Part shown: positions 1 to 9,409 of the stretch, one piece after another
Layout: each line of letters opens with the position of its first letter
Position numbering within the stretch: position 1 is the stretch's first letter
NCBI GenBank assembly: GCA_964568775.1
Contig: CAZMQW010000002.1
Coordinates: forward strand, 4,354-68,353
Length of the DNA: 64,000 nucleotides
Source: an uncultured Candidatus Saccharibacteria bacterium
GTDB lineage: Bacteria > Patescibacteriota > Minisyncoccia > Minisyncoccales > MHMH01
Direction of reading: 5' to 3'
Position numbers and translations under genes: made by a program
Notes under the pieces: generated by a model
What the model was told of the DNA's origin: nothing
The model's database searches: none
What the model saw: the letters and a program-made list of their open reading frames with translations, nothing else

Positions 1-274
1 AGCCAACCTTCAAGGCCTCGGCCAATGTTTTTCCTTTAATCAAATCGCAAATCATGTCGGAGATGCTGATGGCGTGCCCGCAGCCCATTGTCTCAAACTT
101 GGCGTCTTTAATAACCTCTTTGCCTTTTTCCTGCCTGACTTTAATATAAATTTTCATGACATCCCCGCAACGCAAGTTCTGCGTATCGCCGACGCCGGAA
201 GCCTCTTTTATTTTACCCATATTTTTGGGACGAAGGAAGCGCTCCAGCACTTTTTTGGAATAATATTGTGGCAT
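1..274 (-). CDS. iscU: Fe-S cluster scaffold IscU/NifU (3' end outside window)
   Basis: Manual translation from ATG at 274: MPQYYSKKVLERFLRPKNMG..NLRCGDVMKIYIKV..IKDAKFETMGCGHAI; lies directly after the cysteine desulfurase. Confidence 0.9.
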   Translation of the reverse strand, partial: MPQYYSKKVLERFLRPKNMGKIKEASGVGDTQNLRCGDVMKIYIKVRQEKGKEVIKDAKFETMGCGHAISISDMICDLIKGKTLAEALKVG

Positions 275-275
275 G

Positions 276-1436
276 TTATTTATAGCCTGATATTTTCCTT
301 AATCTTTGGATGATCGGAGGCAAAACCTTGAGGAGTTTCTCAATTTCTTTCTGGGTGGTCGGCCGGCCCAAAGTTATCCTTAAGGAACCGTGGGCTTCCT
401 CGTCGGAAAGGCCCAAGCTTTTCAAAACATGAGAGGGCTCCAGAGTTTTTGAGGAGCAGGCTGAACCGGTTGAGACGGCAATCCCTTTCTGGTCCAAGCT
501 GATGACAATGGCTTCGCCTTCAACTCCTTTAAAACTAATATTGATGTTGTTGGGCAGACGATGAACCGGAGAGCCATTCAATCTGACCCCGGGAATCGTC
601 TTTAATATGGTTCTGATGATTTTGTCTCTCAAATGCTTGATTTTAATATTGTGGATTTTGATTCTAGGATCCTGGGTTTCTTTAATAGCTTCGGCTAAGC
701 CAACAATGCCAGCCACATTCTCTGTGCCCGACCTTAACCCGGCTTCGTGCCCGCCCCCGTAAATCAAAGGAGAAATTTCAGTTCCTTTTTTGACAAAAAG
801 AGCGCCAACGCCTTTCGGCCCGTAGATCTTGTGGCCGCTTAAGGTTAAAAGGTCAACCCCGAGATTTTTAACGTCGCACTCCAGAAAATTTACGGCCTGG
901 ACAGCGTCAGTGTGAAATAAAGTCTGATGATTGATCTTTTTTATCAGTTTGGCTATTTCAGCAATCGGCTGGATTGTGCCGATTTCGTTGTTAGCGTACA
1001 TTATGGAAACCAAAACCGTCTGTTTTTTCAACGCTTTTTTAACGTCAGCCAATTGAACCAATCCATCTTTATCAACGGGCAGATAAGTCACTTCTACCCC
1101 CTGCTTCTCCAGCTCTTGGCAGGGCTCCAAAACAGCGTGGTGCTCAATCTGACTGGTAATCATGTGGGGCCGGGTTTTGATGTTTTTAACTGCCCCGAAA
1201 ATAGCCAAATTGTTGGCTTCGGTAGCTGAACCGGTAAAAACAATCTCTCCAGGCGAACAGCCCAAAAAATCAGCCACTTTGCCGCGAGCGTCATTAACCG
1301 CCTCCAGCGCTTTCTGTCCCAGCTGATAAATAGAAGAGGGATTGCCGAAATCCTTTTTCAAGTAAGGCAGCATTGCTCTCAGAACTTTCGGGTCAATCGG
1401 CGTGGTGGCAGCGTAATCTAGGTAGATTTTTGCCAT
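276..1436 (-). CDS. iscS: Cysteine desulfurase (IscS/NifS, group I)
   Basis: IYLDYAATTP, SGHKIYGPKGVG (PLP lysine), STGSACSS (catalytic Cys); second Met taken as start. Confidence 0.95.
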   Translation of the reverse strand: MAKIYLDYAATTPIDPKVLRAMLPYLKKDFGNPSSIYQLGQKALEAVNDARGKVADFLGCSPGEIVFTGSATEANNLAIFGAVKNIKTRPHMITSQIEHHAVLEPCQELEKQGVEVTYLPVDKDGLVQLADVKKALKKQTVLVSIMYANNEIGTIQPIAEIAKLIKKINHQTLFHTDAVQAVNFLECDVKNLGVDLLTLSGHKIYGPKGVGALFVKKGTEISPLIYGGGHEAGLRSGTENVAGIVGLAEAIKETQDPRIKIHNIKIKHLRDKIIRTILKTIPGVRLNGSPVHRLPNNINISFKGVEGEAIVISLDQKGIAVSTGSACSSKTLEPSHVLKSLGLSDEEAHGSLRITLGRPTTQKEIEKLLKVLPPIIQRLRKISGYK

Positions 1437-1441
1437 ACAAC

Positions 1442-2005
1442 TCATTCTACCACAAAAAGAGTTCTTTTTGTTATGTAGATAGGATTGAAAAGTTTAATGT
1501 TTTTTATATAAAGTGGTTTTAATTGAATTTTCTTAAAAAGACGGAACCAACTGGCTTTGGGCAAGAAGCGACATCGGCTGGGGATCTTAAAGAAAATATT
1601 AAACAAATTACCATGCAACCAACAGAAGATTCGATGGACAAAGTTTTCTGGTGTATCTTCATAAATAATAATTTTCCCCCGGCAAACCCTCTTTATCTCA
1701 AGCAAAAGATTTTTAATGCTGGCTGTATGGTGTAAAACATACGAAACTAAAACAATGTCAAAATAGTTGTCCGGAAAAGGTATTTTTTTGCCGTCAAAAA
1801 AAGTAAAAGGTAAATTAGTTTTACGACTATCTCTGACATCAAGTCCCCCAACCCGAGCTCCTAATTTCTTATTAATTAAAGAACCCAAAAAGCCCCTACC
1901 GCAGCCGAAATCTAAAACCTTGCTGTTTTTACGAATATAGGGCGACAATTCATCAACCATCTTCTCGTTGAATTTGATATAAATGGAAGAGATAATTTTT
2001 TTCAT
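1442..2005 (-). CDS. Class I SAM-dependent methyltransferase
   Basis: VLDFGCGRG motif I; PFPDNYFDIV; VLHH. Confidence 0.85.
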   Translation of the reverse strand: MKKIISSIYIKFNEKMVDELSPYIRKNSKVLDFGCGRGFLGSLINKKLGARVGGLDVRDSRKTNLPFTFFDGKKIPFPDNYFDIVLVSYVLHHTASIKNLLLEIKRVCRGKIIIYEDTPENFVHRIFCWLHGNLFNIFFKIPSRCRFLPKASWFRLFKKIQLKPLYIKNIKLFNPIYITKRTLFVVE

Positions 2006-2685
2006 TTGTAATGATTAAACCTATATTTAAAAATATCCGATTTGACTGGGCCAAAAAAAATCATATGAAGTTGGCATAAGAAATATTTAAGCCAGGTTTT
2101 CAGCCAGCCGTCCTGCCGGAATCGCCGTGGTGAAACGAAAACTTTGGCTGATCTCAATACCCCGAACTTCCCGCTTTTGGCTATTTTCCTGACATAATCC
2201 AGCTCTTCGCCAAGCTTTATCTCTTCATCAAAACTTCGGTGAAAAGATTTCTTAACTAAGATAATGTTCATGGCCTGGGGTAAAAACTTTTCTGTCAACA
2301 AGGAAGGGAGATTGTATAAAAACCTGTAGGATAAATTGTGAAATTTACCTTCAGATTTTAACAGGAAAGTTGCTGCATCAAGTTCTTTTTTTTTAAACTC
2401 TCCTAGGAATTTGCCCAGCGAATTGCCATCTAATATCGTATCAGCATCAATAAATAAAATCAATTCTCCCTGAGATGCCTTTATCCCTTCGTTCTTACCT
2501 TTGGGAGGAAAACCGCCGCTAACAACTTTGCAGTCGTATTGCCTGGCTATCTCGCAGGTTTTGTCTTGTGAGCCAGCGTCGCTGACAATAATTTCGTAAT
2601 CTTTAAAAGACTGCCTTTTAATAGATTCTAATAACAAAGGTAGATAATTCTCTTCGTTCAAAGTTTGAATAATAATTGAGAGCAT
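2002..2685 (-). CDS. Glycosyltransferase family 2 (soluble)
   Basis: LSIII.TLNEE, IIVSDAGSQD, FIDADT DxD motif, S.RRF. Confidence 0.9.
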   Translation of the reverse strand: MLSIIIQTLNEENYLPLLLESIKRQSFKDYEIIVSDAGSQDKTCEIARQYDCKVVSGGFPPKGKNEGIKASQGELILFIDADTILDGNSLGKFLGEFKKKELDAATFLLKSEGKFHNLSYRFLYNLPSLLTEKFLPQAMNIILVKKSFHRSFDEEIKLGEELDYVRKIAKSGKFGVLRSAKVFVSPRRFRQDGWLKTWLKYFLCQLHMIFFGPVKSDIFKYRFNHYK

Positions 2686-2689
2686 ATTT

Positions 2690-4249
2690 TTACTTTCTGG
2701 TTTTGGGCGTGTGCCAAAAACCCATATATCTGCCGAACATCCAGCGGGTTTGAGCCTCCAAGGCGGGCAAGCTGGTGAAAAAAATCATTACCACCGGCAG
2801 TAAAAGCCACTCCAAAACCAAAAACAAATATCTTTTCCTTCCATAAATAATTGGCTTGGCCGGCATTAATAAAATACTGAAATAAGCAGAAGATACCAAG
2901 CCAATCATACCGGCCGTCATAATGTTGCGAGTAAAAATAGGCAGATTGTAAGAAAGGATTGTCTGGCGAAAAGCTTCTCCGCCTAAAATAACGGGTAACC
3001 AACCAAGTAAAAGGATTATGAAAGACGCAGTTGCCCAAGACCAGTGGGTTTCCCCGATTATAAAAAACCAATAGAGCTTTTTTCTTAAGCTGATTTTTTT
3101 ATTCTTTAAAAATCCGAATAAAAAATAAGGGATATCGCCCACGCCGTAAGACCATCTTTTCTGCTGCTTGTAAACGTTCTTCATCGTCCTGAAAAAGGTC
3201 GGAGCGACGTTAGCATCCATAGAAACAGGATAATATAAAGAAACCACCTTATAATCTCCGCTGTATCTTAAAAAGCACTGCCAAAAGATCCGGGAATCGT
3301 CAGAAACTATGTTTGTCTGCCGAAAATCAACGTCAACCAAGGCCTTAAAGCTCATAGAATGAGAGGAAAAGGTCAGTAATTTTTCCGGCCTCTCCTGACA
3401 CATCATCTCCCAAAAACTGGCTGAAAAAGCGAAAATTCGAGAAATGGGCGGCGCCTGCCAGATATTATTAATAAAAAGAGGGATTGGCTGGAAGCTGGTC
3501 CGCACGGGTGATTTAACCGTCAAATAACGATGGGCGAGACAACTGAAATATTTTGGGAAAACACATGTATCAACGTCAAAAGAAGAAATGATAATATTTT
3601 CATAAGGGATTTTTAGAGGATCGATAATTTTTTCTTTTGCCTGTCTTGACCCCCAAGCATCATTAGAACCTTTTCCTGCCAGTTCGCCGGTTAAACCGAC
3701 TGGATGATAGGTTATCAGTAATTTGAAAAACTTGTCTTTAAATTCTTTTTCAATAGCCTCGGCCACTTTTTTAGTTTCCTCACCTCCTCTTTCTTCGCAG
3801 CTTAAAATCACGATCATCCTGTCTCTCGGCCAGTCGGTCTCAGCCAAAGATTGAAAAGAAGCTCTGACAACCTCCAGTGGCTCTTGATACAACACTAAAA
3901 CAGCCAAATGATAAATTTCCCGCCAATCCTTAATCGATAATTGATATTTTTCTACCGGCAAACGATTTAATTTTTCAATCCAATTGATTTTCTCATTCTT
4001 CCTCATTTGTCTATAACAGGAATAGAGATGTAAGGCGAGATAAATCGCCCGGGCCAGATAATAAACGACGAAACAAATAATAAAAACGGCCATCCAAGTC
4101 GGCTTCAACCAAGAAAGCAAAATAATCGTAAACAGGGTCAACCAACTGAAAGCACCTGGAAGAATTTCCAGGGCTCTAAAAATTATTCTCTCTTTTTTGT
4201 CTTTTAGCTCGGCCGCTCGCCCAATTTTCAAATAATAAGGAATACTCAT
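2690..4249 (-). CDS. Multi-pass membrane GT2, processive synthase-like
   Basis: N- and C-terminal TM helices, FDVDT (DxD), VSDD and QQKRW (QxxRW) motifs. Confidence 0.85.
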   Translation of the reverse strand: MSIPYYLKIGRAAELKDKKERIIFRALEILPGAFSWLTLFTIILLSWLKPTWMAVFIICFVVYYLARAIYLALHLYSCYRQMRKNEKINWIEKLNRLPVEKYQLSIKDWREIYHLAVLVLYQEPLEVVRASFQSLAETDWPRDRMIVILSCEERGGEETKKVAEAIEKEFKDKFFKLLITYHPVGLTGELAGKGSNDAWGSRQAKEKIIDPLKIPYENIIISSFDVDTCVFPKYFSCLAHRYLTVKSPVRTSFQPIPLFINNIWQAPPISRIFAFSASFWEMMCQERPEKLLTFSSHSMSFKALVDVDFRQTNIVSDDSRIFWQCFLRYSGDYKVVSLYYPVSMDANVAPTFFRTMKNVYKQQKRWSYGVGDIPYFLFGFLKNKKISLRKKLYWFFIIGETHWSWATASFIILLLGWLPVILGGEAFRQTILSYNLPIFTRNIMTAGMIGLVSSAYFSILLMPAKPIIYGRKRYLFLVLEWLLLPVVMIFFTSLPALEAQTRWMFGRYMGFWHTPKTRK

Positions 4250-5238
4250 TAAAACAATTTCTTAGCTTCGTCCCATATTCCAGAATCATTTTGTTTTTCT
4301 TTAAGCCAATACCACCATTCGGCCCCCCATAAATAGAATTCTTTTATCCCGGTCCTTTTGGCGAAATTAATATTATATCTGAATTGTGCCAAATCCATGG
4401 TTTTCTTCTGCTCGTCCAAAGAGCAGTCGTTGATGCCGGCTGCACACCAAGGCTCAGCTTGCAGTTCAATGCAGATTACCTTTTTATCAAATAAGCTCTC
4501 GATTAATTTTGTCTTCAAATAATAAAATGCGGAAGGAAAAGGCCAGGTTAGATAAATGCCGACTTGGCGGACCCAAACCCTTTTATACATCGTAGTACCA
4601 GCTATATCTCCAAAACTGGCAGCTGTTATCCATAAAGAACCTTCCCCGCTGTCGGAAACAATAATGGGTTTTGACTGGTTATCTTTAGATTTTACAAAAG
4701 CTATCTCTTTTTTCAAGAATTCTTTATCAACCCAAGGGCATTCGCCAAAAGGGAAAAAGGGCTCGTTCTCCACCTGCCAGGCGAAAACAGCTTCTGATCC
4801 TTGGTAACGTAAAACAAGCTGTTCAACCAATTCTAAGATTTCTTCCTGCTGAACTTCTTTATCCAAACCCTTGGCCCAGCCGGGAATATGGCATTCCGGC
4901 CAGCGACCGGTTTTCATGCCGATAACCAAAAGAATCTCAATATTATATTTCTCCGCTTCTCTTATCTGCCAATCAAGGTCGGCAAAATCGTAAACGTCCT
5001 TTTCTTTTTCAATTAAATCCCAGTAGGAAGCGAGTTTTATTTTCTTTACCTTTAAATCGGTTAAAATTGCCGAGTATGACTTTTGCCAGTCAGTGCCTAA
5101 ATAGGTGGCGTGTTTTTGAGAAAAATTAACCCCCCAGACAATTCCTCCGGTTTCTTTGGGTTGCCAAAGGAAAAAGAAACCGGCTAAAGCAATCAAGAGG
5201 ACTAAAACAATTAATAATATTTTGGAAATTGCCTTCAT
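4249..5238 (-). CDS. Membrane-anchored clan GH-A glycoside hydrolase
   Basis: N-terminal signal/anchor; WQVENEP (acid/base Glu); IELQAEPW (candidate nucleophile). Confidence 0.7.
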   Translation of the reverse strand: MKAISKILLIVLVLLIALAGFFFLWQPKETGGIVWGVNFSQKHATYLGTDWQKSYSAILTDLKVKKIKLASYWDLIEKEKDVYDFADLDWQIREAEKYNIEILLVIGMKTGRWPECHIPGWAKGLDKEVQQEEILELVEQLVLRYQGSEAVFAWQVENEPFFPFGECPWVDKEFLKKEIAFVKSKDNQSKPIIVSDSGEGSLWITAASFGDIAGTTMYKRVWVRQVGIYLTWPFPSAFYYLKTKLIESLFDKKVICIELQAEPWCAAGINDCSLDEQKKTMDLAQFRYNINFAKRTGIKEFYLWGAEWWYWLKEKQNDSGIWDEAKKLF

Positions 5239-6143
5239 TTGATAGATAAAATCACCAAGCCAAAACTAATTAATAAAATCGCTATGATTTTCTGGAAGAT
5301 TACCTCTTTGGAAATCTCTTCTTTCAATACTTTGGGAAATTTCCAAGAAAACAAAACGGCAAAAACCAACAAGAAAGCGTACTGTATGCCCTGAAGAGCG
5401 TTGATAAAGGCAACGTAGATCAGAGGAGCTAAAGCAACCGCCCAATTCTGCAAGATGTTAGCTCCGGCTCCGGCCGCCTGGCTGGAAAAGAAAATTGCTA
5501 TCGTTTTTTTCTCAAGAGCCATTTCCTGTTTAAATAGTCCCTTTCTCAATTCGGAGCTGGAAAGAAAAGCCAGAGCCATTAAAACCCCGCCCAACCTTAT
5601 CCAGACCAAACTTAGCAAGAACGGGTGGCTGTTGTAAACAAATTTAGCGAAAACAAAAGAAAGGGCTAAGAAAAAAGCTGCAATGACAGAAAGTTGAATG
5701 CTTTTTAAAGAAAACCTCTTAGATTTTTGATAGGTAATCAAAATTGTGCCTAAAATAAGCAAAATAAAGGCTAAAATCTGCCAAGATCCCAGAATTTCGC
5801 TTCCCCAAGAGAAAATATAAATAAGAATGAAAGTGAAAATAGGCAAGATTCCACCGACCGCCGGCACCATTCTGGAAGGTTCGAACTGTTTCAACCCTTT
5901 AAAAAACCAGAAAATTCCCCAAACAAAAGAAGCTCCAGAAATAAAAGCTAAAATAATGTCCTGGACATCAAAAACATAAAAATCTATAAAAGGAATAAAA
6001 ACCAAAACCCCCAAGCCCAAAAGTCCAATATAAAAAGCATAAACTTTAGGATTAGGAATAGGCCCGGTCAACAAATACTTGTCAACCAGATAAACCAAGG
6101 CCAAAATCAAATAGGCAACAATAGTGACAGTTAACCAAAGCAT
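5235..6143 (-). CDS. EamA/DMT-family transporter
   Basis: About 10 TM helices in a two-repeat arrangement, 302 aa. Confidence 0.7.
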   Translation of the reverse strand: MLWLTVTIVAYLILALVYLVDKYLLTGPIPNPKVYAFYIGLLGLGVLVFIPFIDFYVFDVQDIILAFISGASFVWGIFWFFKGLKQFEPSRMVPAVGGILPIFTFILIYIFSWGSEILGSWQILAFILLILGTILITYQKSKRFSLKSIQLSVIAAFFLALSFVFAKFVYNSHPFLLSLVWIRLGGVLMALAFLSSSELRKGLFKQEMALEKKTIAIFFSSQAAGAGANILQNWAVALAPLIYVAFINALQGIQYAFLLVFAVLFSWKFPKVLKEEISKEVIFQKIIAILLISFGLVILSIK

Positions 6144-7390
6144 ATTTTCTTAATGTTTAAAACGCCTAATTGTTCTCCCTCAACAAAGCCTTCCATAGCT
6201 GCTTCGGCAAAATACCCCTTCTCCAGCCAGTCAAACAGCCATTGGTTGAGATAGCTAGGGTTTTTTTGCGGGAAGCCGAAGCCGGAATTTAAAAGCCATC
6301 TTTTATTAAAATCCTCCTGGGAGCCGATCGGCGGGGCAATGATAATCGGCAGGCCCAAAGCCGAATAAAAAGAAAGTTCCGATGGCTTGGTCCACAAAAT
6401 ATCAGTCTGCCTCAAAGCTTTGTTGAACTGCCGGAAATACTGCTTTATATCTCCAGCATAAATAATTTCAACCTTCAATCCTTTGGTGTGTTCTTGGAAG
6501 TATTTTCTAACCTTGGGCCGGATGCCAGCCACCAGTATCAGTCTAACCTCGTCTTTTTTAATTCTCTCGGCCAAAGCCCGGGCAATACCTACCCCGATTT
6601 CTTTTTGAGCGCCCGCTCCCCCGACCGCAAACATAATAGTTAAGGGATGATTTGACTTTGAAGGAATTTTGCCCAATTTCGCTTTGATCAAGGTTTTGTA
6701 TTTTCTAAAATAGTGGCCGTAAGGATCTAAATTCAAAAGCCGCTGCTTCAAGTCTTCCTTCAAAATCTCCTTCCTTTTCGAGCCGACGTTCTCCAAGGGT
6801 AAAGGATAGCCGGTTAAAAAAATATTCTTTTTGTCCACCCCGTAAAGCTGCAGCCTTTCAGCCACCCGGGAGGTCGGGGCAAAGTATTTGATTTTGCTTT
6901 TCTTCGGCTCCAAGGGCGCCCAGGTTCGGGAAATGTCGGTATCGCAGACAACGCAGTAAATTTCGCCTGGATAGTTGAAATATTCGGCCATGAAAACAGC
7001 TGTAAAAAAAGTGCCGATCAAAGGCAGAGGGTTATGGCTTAATTTTTTAATCAAATGCCGGCCCAGGCCTTTTTTAATCGGAGATAGAGTTTGTTTAAGC
7101 TGAAGATTGGGTTTAGACAAATCGCGGTGGGGATAAAACTTGCGAATTCTCTGTAGTTTATTGAACAAGCCGAAAATTAGCGGGCCGATGAGCGGAGTCC
7201 GGCTGAAAACGGAAATAAATTCGTAGCCAGCTTTGGCTTGAGCCCACATCTCGCGGTCCTTTTGGGGAATGCCCTGGTAATTATTGGCGTTGATAACTTT
7301 GCTAGACACTGCCAAATCTTTCAAAGGATAGGCTGTCCGCTGGTGGCCGTAGCCCATATCAACCGCTATGACCCAGGCTTTTTTCTTCAT
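6131..7390 (-). CDS. GT-B glycosyltransferase, MGDG-synthase/UgtP-like
   Basis: DMGYGH, VGGAG, TKPSE and PIGSQE resemble the GxGH, TKPGG and PxPGQE motifs of GT28-related enzymes. Confidence 0.6.
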   Translation of the reverse strand: MKKKAWVIAVDMGYGHQRTAYPLKDLAVSSKVINANNYQGIPQKDREMWAQAKAGYEFISVFSRTPLIGPLIFGLFNKLQRIRKFYPHRDLSKPNLQLKQTLSPIKKGLGRHLIKKLSHNPLPLIGTFFTAVFMAEYFNYPGEIYCVVCDTDISRTWAPLEPKKSKIKYFAPTSRVAERLQLYGVDKKNIFLTGYPLPLENVGSKRKEILKEDLKQRLLNLDPYGHYFRKYKTLIKAKLGKIPSKSNHPLTIMFAVGGAGAQKEIGVGIARALAERIKKDEVRLILVAGIRPKVRKYFQEHTKGLKVEIIYAGDIKQYFRQFNKALRQTDILWTKPSELSFYSALGLPIIIAPPIGSQEDFNKRWLLNSGFGFPQKNPSYLNQWLFDWLEKGYFAEAAMEGFVEGEQLGVLNIKKICFG

Positions 7391-7396
7391 TGTTCT

Positions 7397-7405
7397 ATTA
7401 TATCA
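7397..7405 (-). promoter_or_regulatory. Extended -10 promoter (TG-A-TATAAT) 6 nt before the ATG at 7390; leaderless transcript
   Basis: Minus strand GTGATATAATAGAACAATG. Confidence 0.6.
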
Positions 7406-8710
7406 CTTAGAGAAAAATTCGACTATTTTGGTAATGTAAGTCAGCAGCAGCCAAATTGGCCAGGAAAGCAGCCAGCCCAAAGGCTGAAAAATCAGACCGG
7501 CCAGAATAAAAATAAAACCCAAACCCATCAGATAAGCCAGTAAAGGAACAATCAGAACATTAGTCAAAACAGCCACTTTAGAAAAATAGCCGAAATTATA
7601 AATCAGGATCGGTAAAGTAAAAATTTGGGCGGCCAGAGTCATGGCTAAAACCCGGAATTTGAGAAATCTCTGCAAAAAAGGCGTCAGATAAATTATACCC
7701 ATCACCGCCAAGAAAGACAGCTGAAAACCGACATCGGATTTCAAAAGCAGGGGGTTAAAAGCCAACATACCGACAGCGGCGAAAACAACCGCTCTCACCC
7801 CGGCCTGGGGACGGCCCAGTTTTTGCGCCAGAAGAAAAAAACCGCCCATAATCCCCGCCCTAACAGCCGATGAGGGCAAACCGATCATTACAATAAACAA
7901 ACCTAATAGCAGTAAAGTGAAATAAAAAGACCGGGAGCGGGACAAACCCAATCCTAGCCCCAAATACATCAGAATTCCCATAAGTATCATGACGTGCATG
8001 CCAGAAATTGCGGTGATATGCCTGACTCCGGCCTGATTTAAGTCTTCCTTCAGATCAGCTGACATCTTTCGTTTGTCGCCCAGAAGCAAAGCAGCCAGAA
8101 TAGAGCTTTGGGGCGGGGACAGGTTCTGTTCGATCGGCTCTCTTAGCCTATCTTTCAATTGTAAAATCTTGGCGTAAATAAAATTCCCTTGGTTGGCAGC
8201 TACCAGTTCTACCTTCGGATAATACATGACCGAATAAATGCCGTCTTTGGCCAAATAATCCTGGTAGTTGAAATCGGGAAATTCCTGAGGAATCTGCAAT
8301 TTACCGGTGATTTTCAATTTATCGCCGTATTGGTATTCCGGGTAACGGTTGACGGTCACCAGAATCTTTCCCTGAATTGAACGAGGCTCTGCCTCCCTCA
8401 GAGTTAATTTGGCATTGTCTTCCCTGACGTCCGGCTCCTGAATTACTGTGGCTATAAAAGTAGTTTCTTTTTCTAGCGGATGGATTGTCTCTGAAATAAC
8501 TGCCTGATGCCGCCAAACACCCAGCGCCAAAAACAGCAGACAAAAACCGACAACCACCAGTTTTTTCCGCTGCCAAAAAACAGAAACCAGGAAAATCCCC
8601 AAAATTAAAAATCCCAGCAACAGAATCTGGGAAATTGTTAAGAACGATGAAGCAGCTACGCCAAAAACAAAACTCAAACAAAAGAACAAAAAAATTCTCG
8701 AAGCCGCCAT
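7403..8710 (-). CDS. comEC: ComEC/Rec2 competence channel (OB + Competence domains, no MBL domain)
   Basis: FNYQDYL, HITAISGMHV, SAVRA, GFQLSFLA. Confidence 0.92.
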   Translation of the reverse strand: MAASRIFLFFCLSFVFGVAASSFLTISQILLLGFLILGIFLVSVFWQRKKLVVVGFCLLFLALGVWRHQAVISETIHPLEKETTFIATVIQEPDVREDNAKLTLREAEPRSIQGKILVTVNRYPEYQYGDKLKITGKLQIPQEFPDFNYQDYLAKDGIYSVMYYPKVELVAANQGNFIYAKILQLKDRLREPIEQNLSPPQSSILAALLLGDKRKMSADLKEDLNQAGVRHITAISGMHVMILMGILMYLGLGLGLSRSRSFYFTLLLLGLFIVMIGLPSSAVRAGIMGGFFLLAQKLGRPQAGVRAVVFAAVGMLAFNPLLLKSDVGFQLSFLAVMGIIYLTPFLQRFLKFRVLAMTLAAQIFTLPILIYNFGYFSKVAVLTNVLIVPLLAYLMGLGFIFILAGLIFQPLGWLLSWPIWLLLTYITKIVEFFSK

Positions 8711-8719
8711 TCTTTTATT

Positions 8720-9409
8720 CTATCTTATCTGGCAGATTTCAAAAAACGGAGCAATGTCTTTTTGAATTTCCCGAAACCATTCCTCGGGATATGGCTTTAC
8801 TTTTTCAAATTTAGGATCAATAGTTTTTTCCGGCCGGAAATTCTGAAGGTAGTATTTTTTAGCTGGCGTCAACCATTTGGCTATCTTGAGAATATCTTCT
8901 TTTTTATGAACCGTCGAAACAATGGTCGTCCTAAATTCGTGGCCGACGGCGGAATCTTTCAATATTTTGATGCTTTTTTCTATCTCGGCCGGGTCAACGC
9001 CCAGCACTGCCCGATATTTCTCCTTGGGCAGCTTGACGTCCATGGCCACGTAATCAATCAACCCTTCATCGATTAGTCCCTTCAACGTTTCGGGATTTGA
9101 ACCGTTGGTATCAAGTTTAACTAAATAACCAAACTCTTTTATTTTTTTAATAAAACCGGCCAGTTCTTTGTTGATGGTCGGCTCCCCCCCGCAAATCACC
9201 ACTCCCTCCAGTAGCCCTTTTCTTTCTTCCAGAAAATCAAAGAATTCTTTTTCTGATATCTTAGGCTGTTTCTGTATTTCTTCCGGCAAAACCAGTTCCC
9301 GGGAGTAACACCAAGGACAGCGTAAATTGCACCCGCAGAGAAAAACAGTGGCCGCAACGCGGCCGGGATAATCGATCAGAGTGTTTTTTTGTAATCCGCA
9401 GATTTGCAT
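8720..9409 (-). CDS. nrdG: Anaerobic ribonucleotide reductase activase (radical SAM)
   Basis: CNLRCPWC, GGEPT, DTNG; adjacent to nrdD. Confidence 0.9.
   Translation of the reverse strand: MQICGLQKNTLIDYPGRVAATVFLCGCNLRCPWCYSRELVLPEEIQKQPKISEKEFFDFLEERKGLLEGVVICGGEPTINKELAGFIKKIKEFGYLVKLDTNGSNPETLKGLIDEGLIDYVAMDVKLPKEKYRAVLGVDPAEIEKSIKILKDSAVGHEFRTTIVSTVHKKEDILKIAKWLTPAKKYYLQNFRPEKTIDPKFEKVKPYPEEWFREIQKDIAPFFEICQIR

Noticed and set aside
7403-8710. ComEC lacking the metallo-beta-lactamase domain as a novelty
   Set aside because: A common architecture in many bacteria
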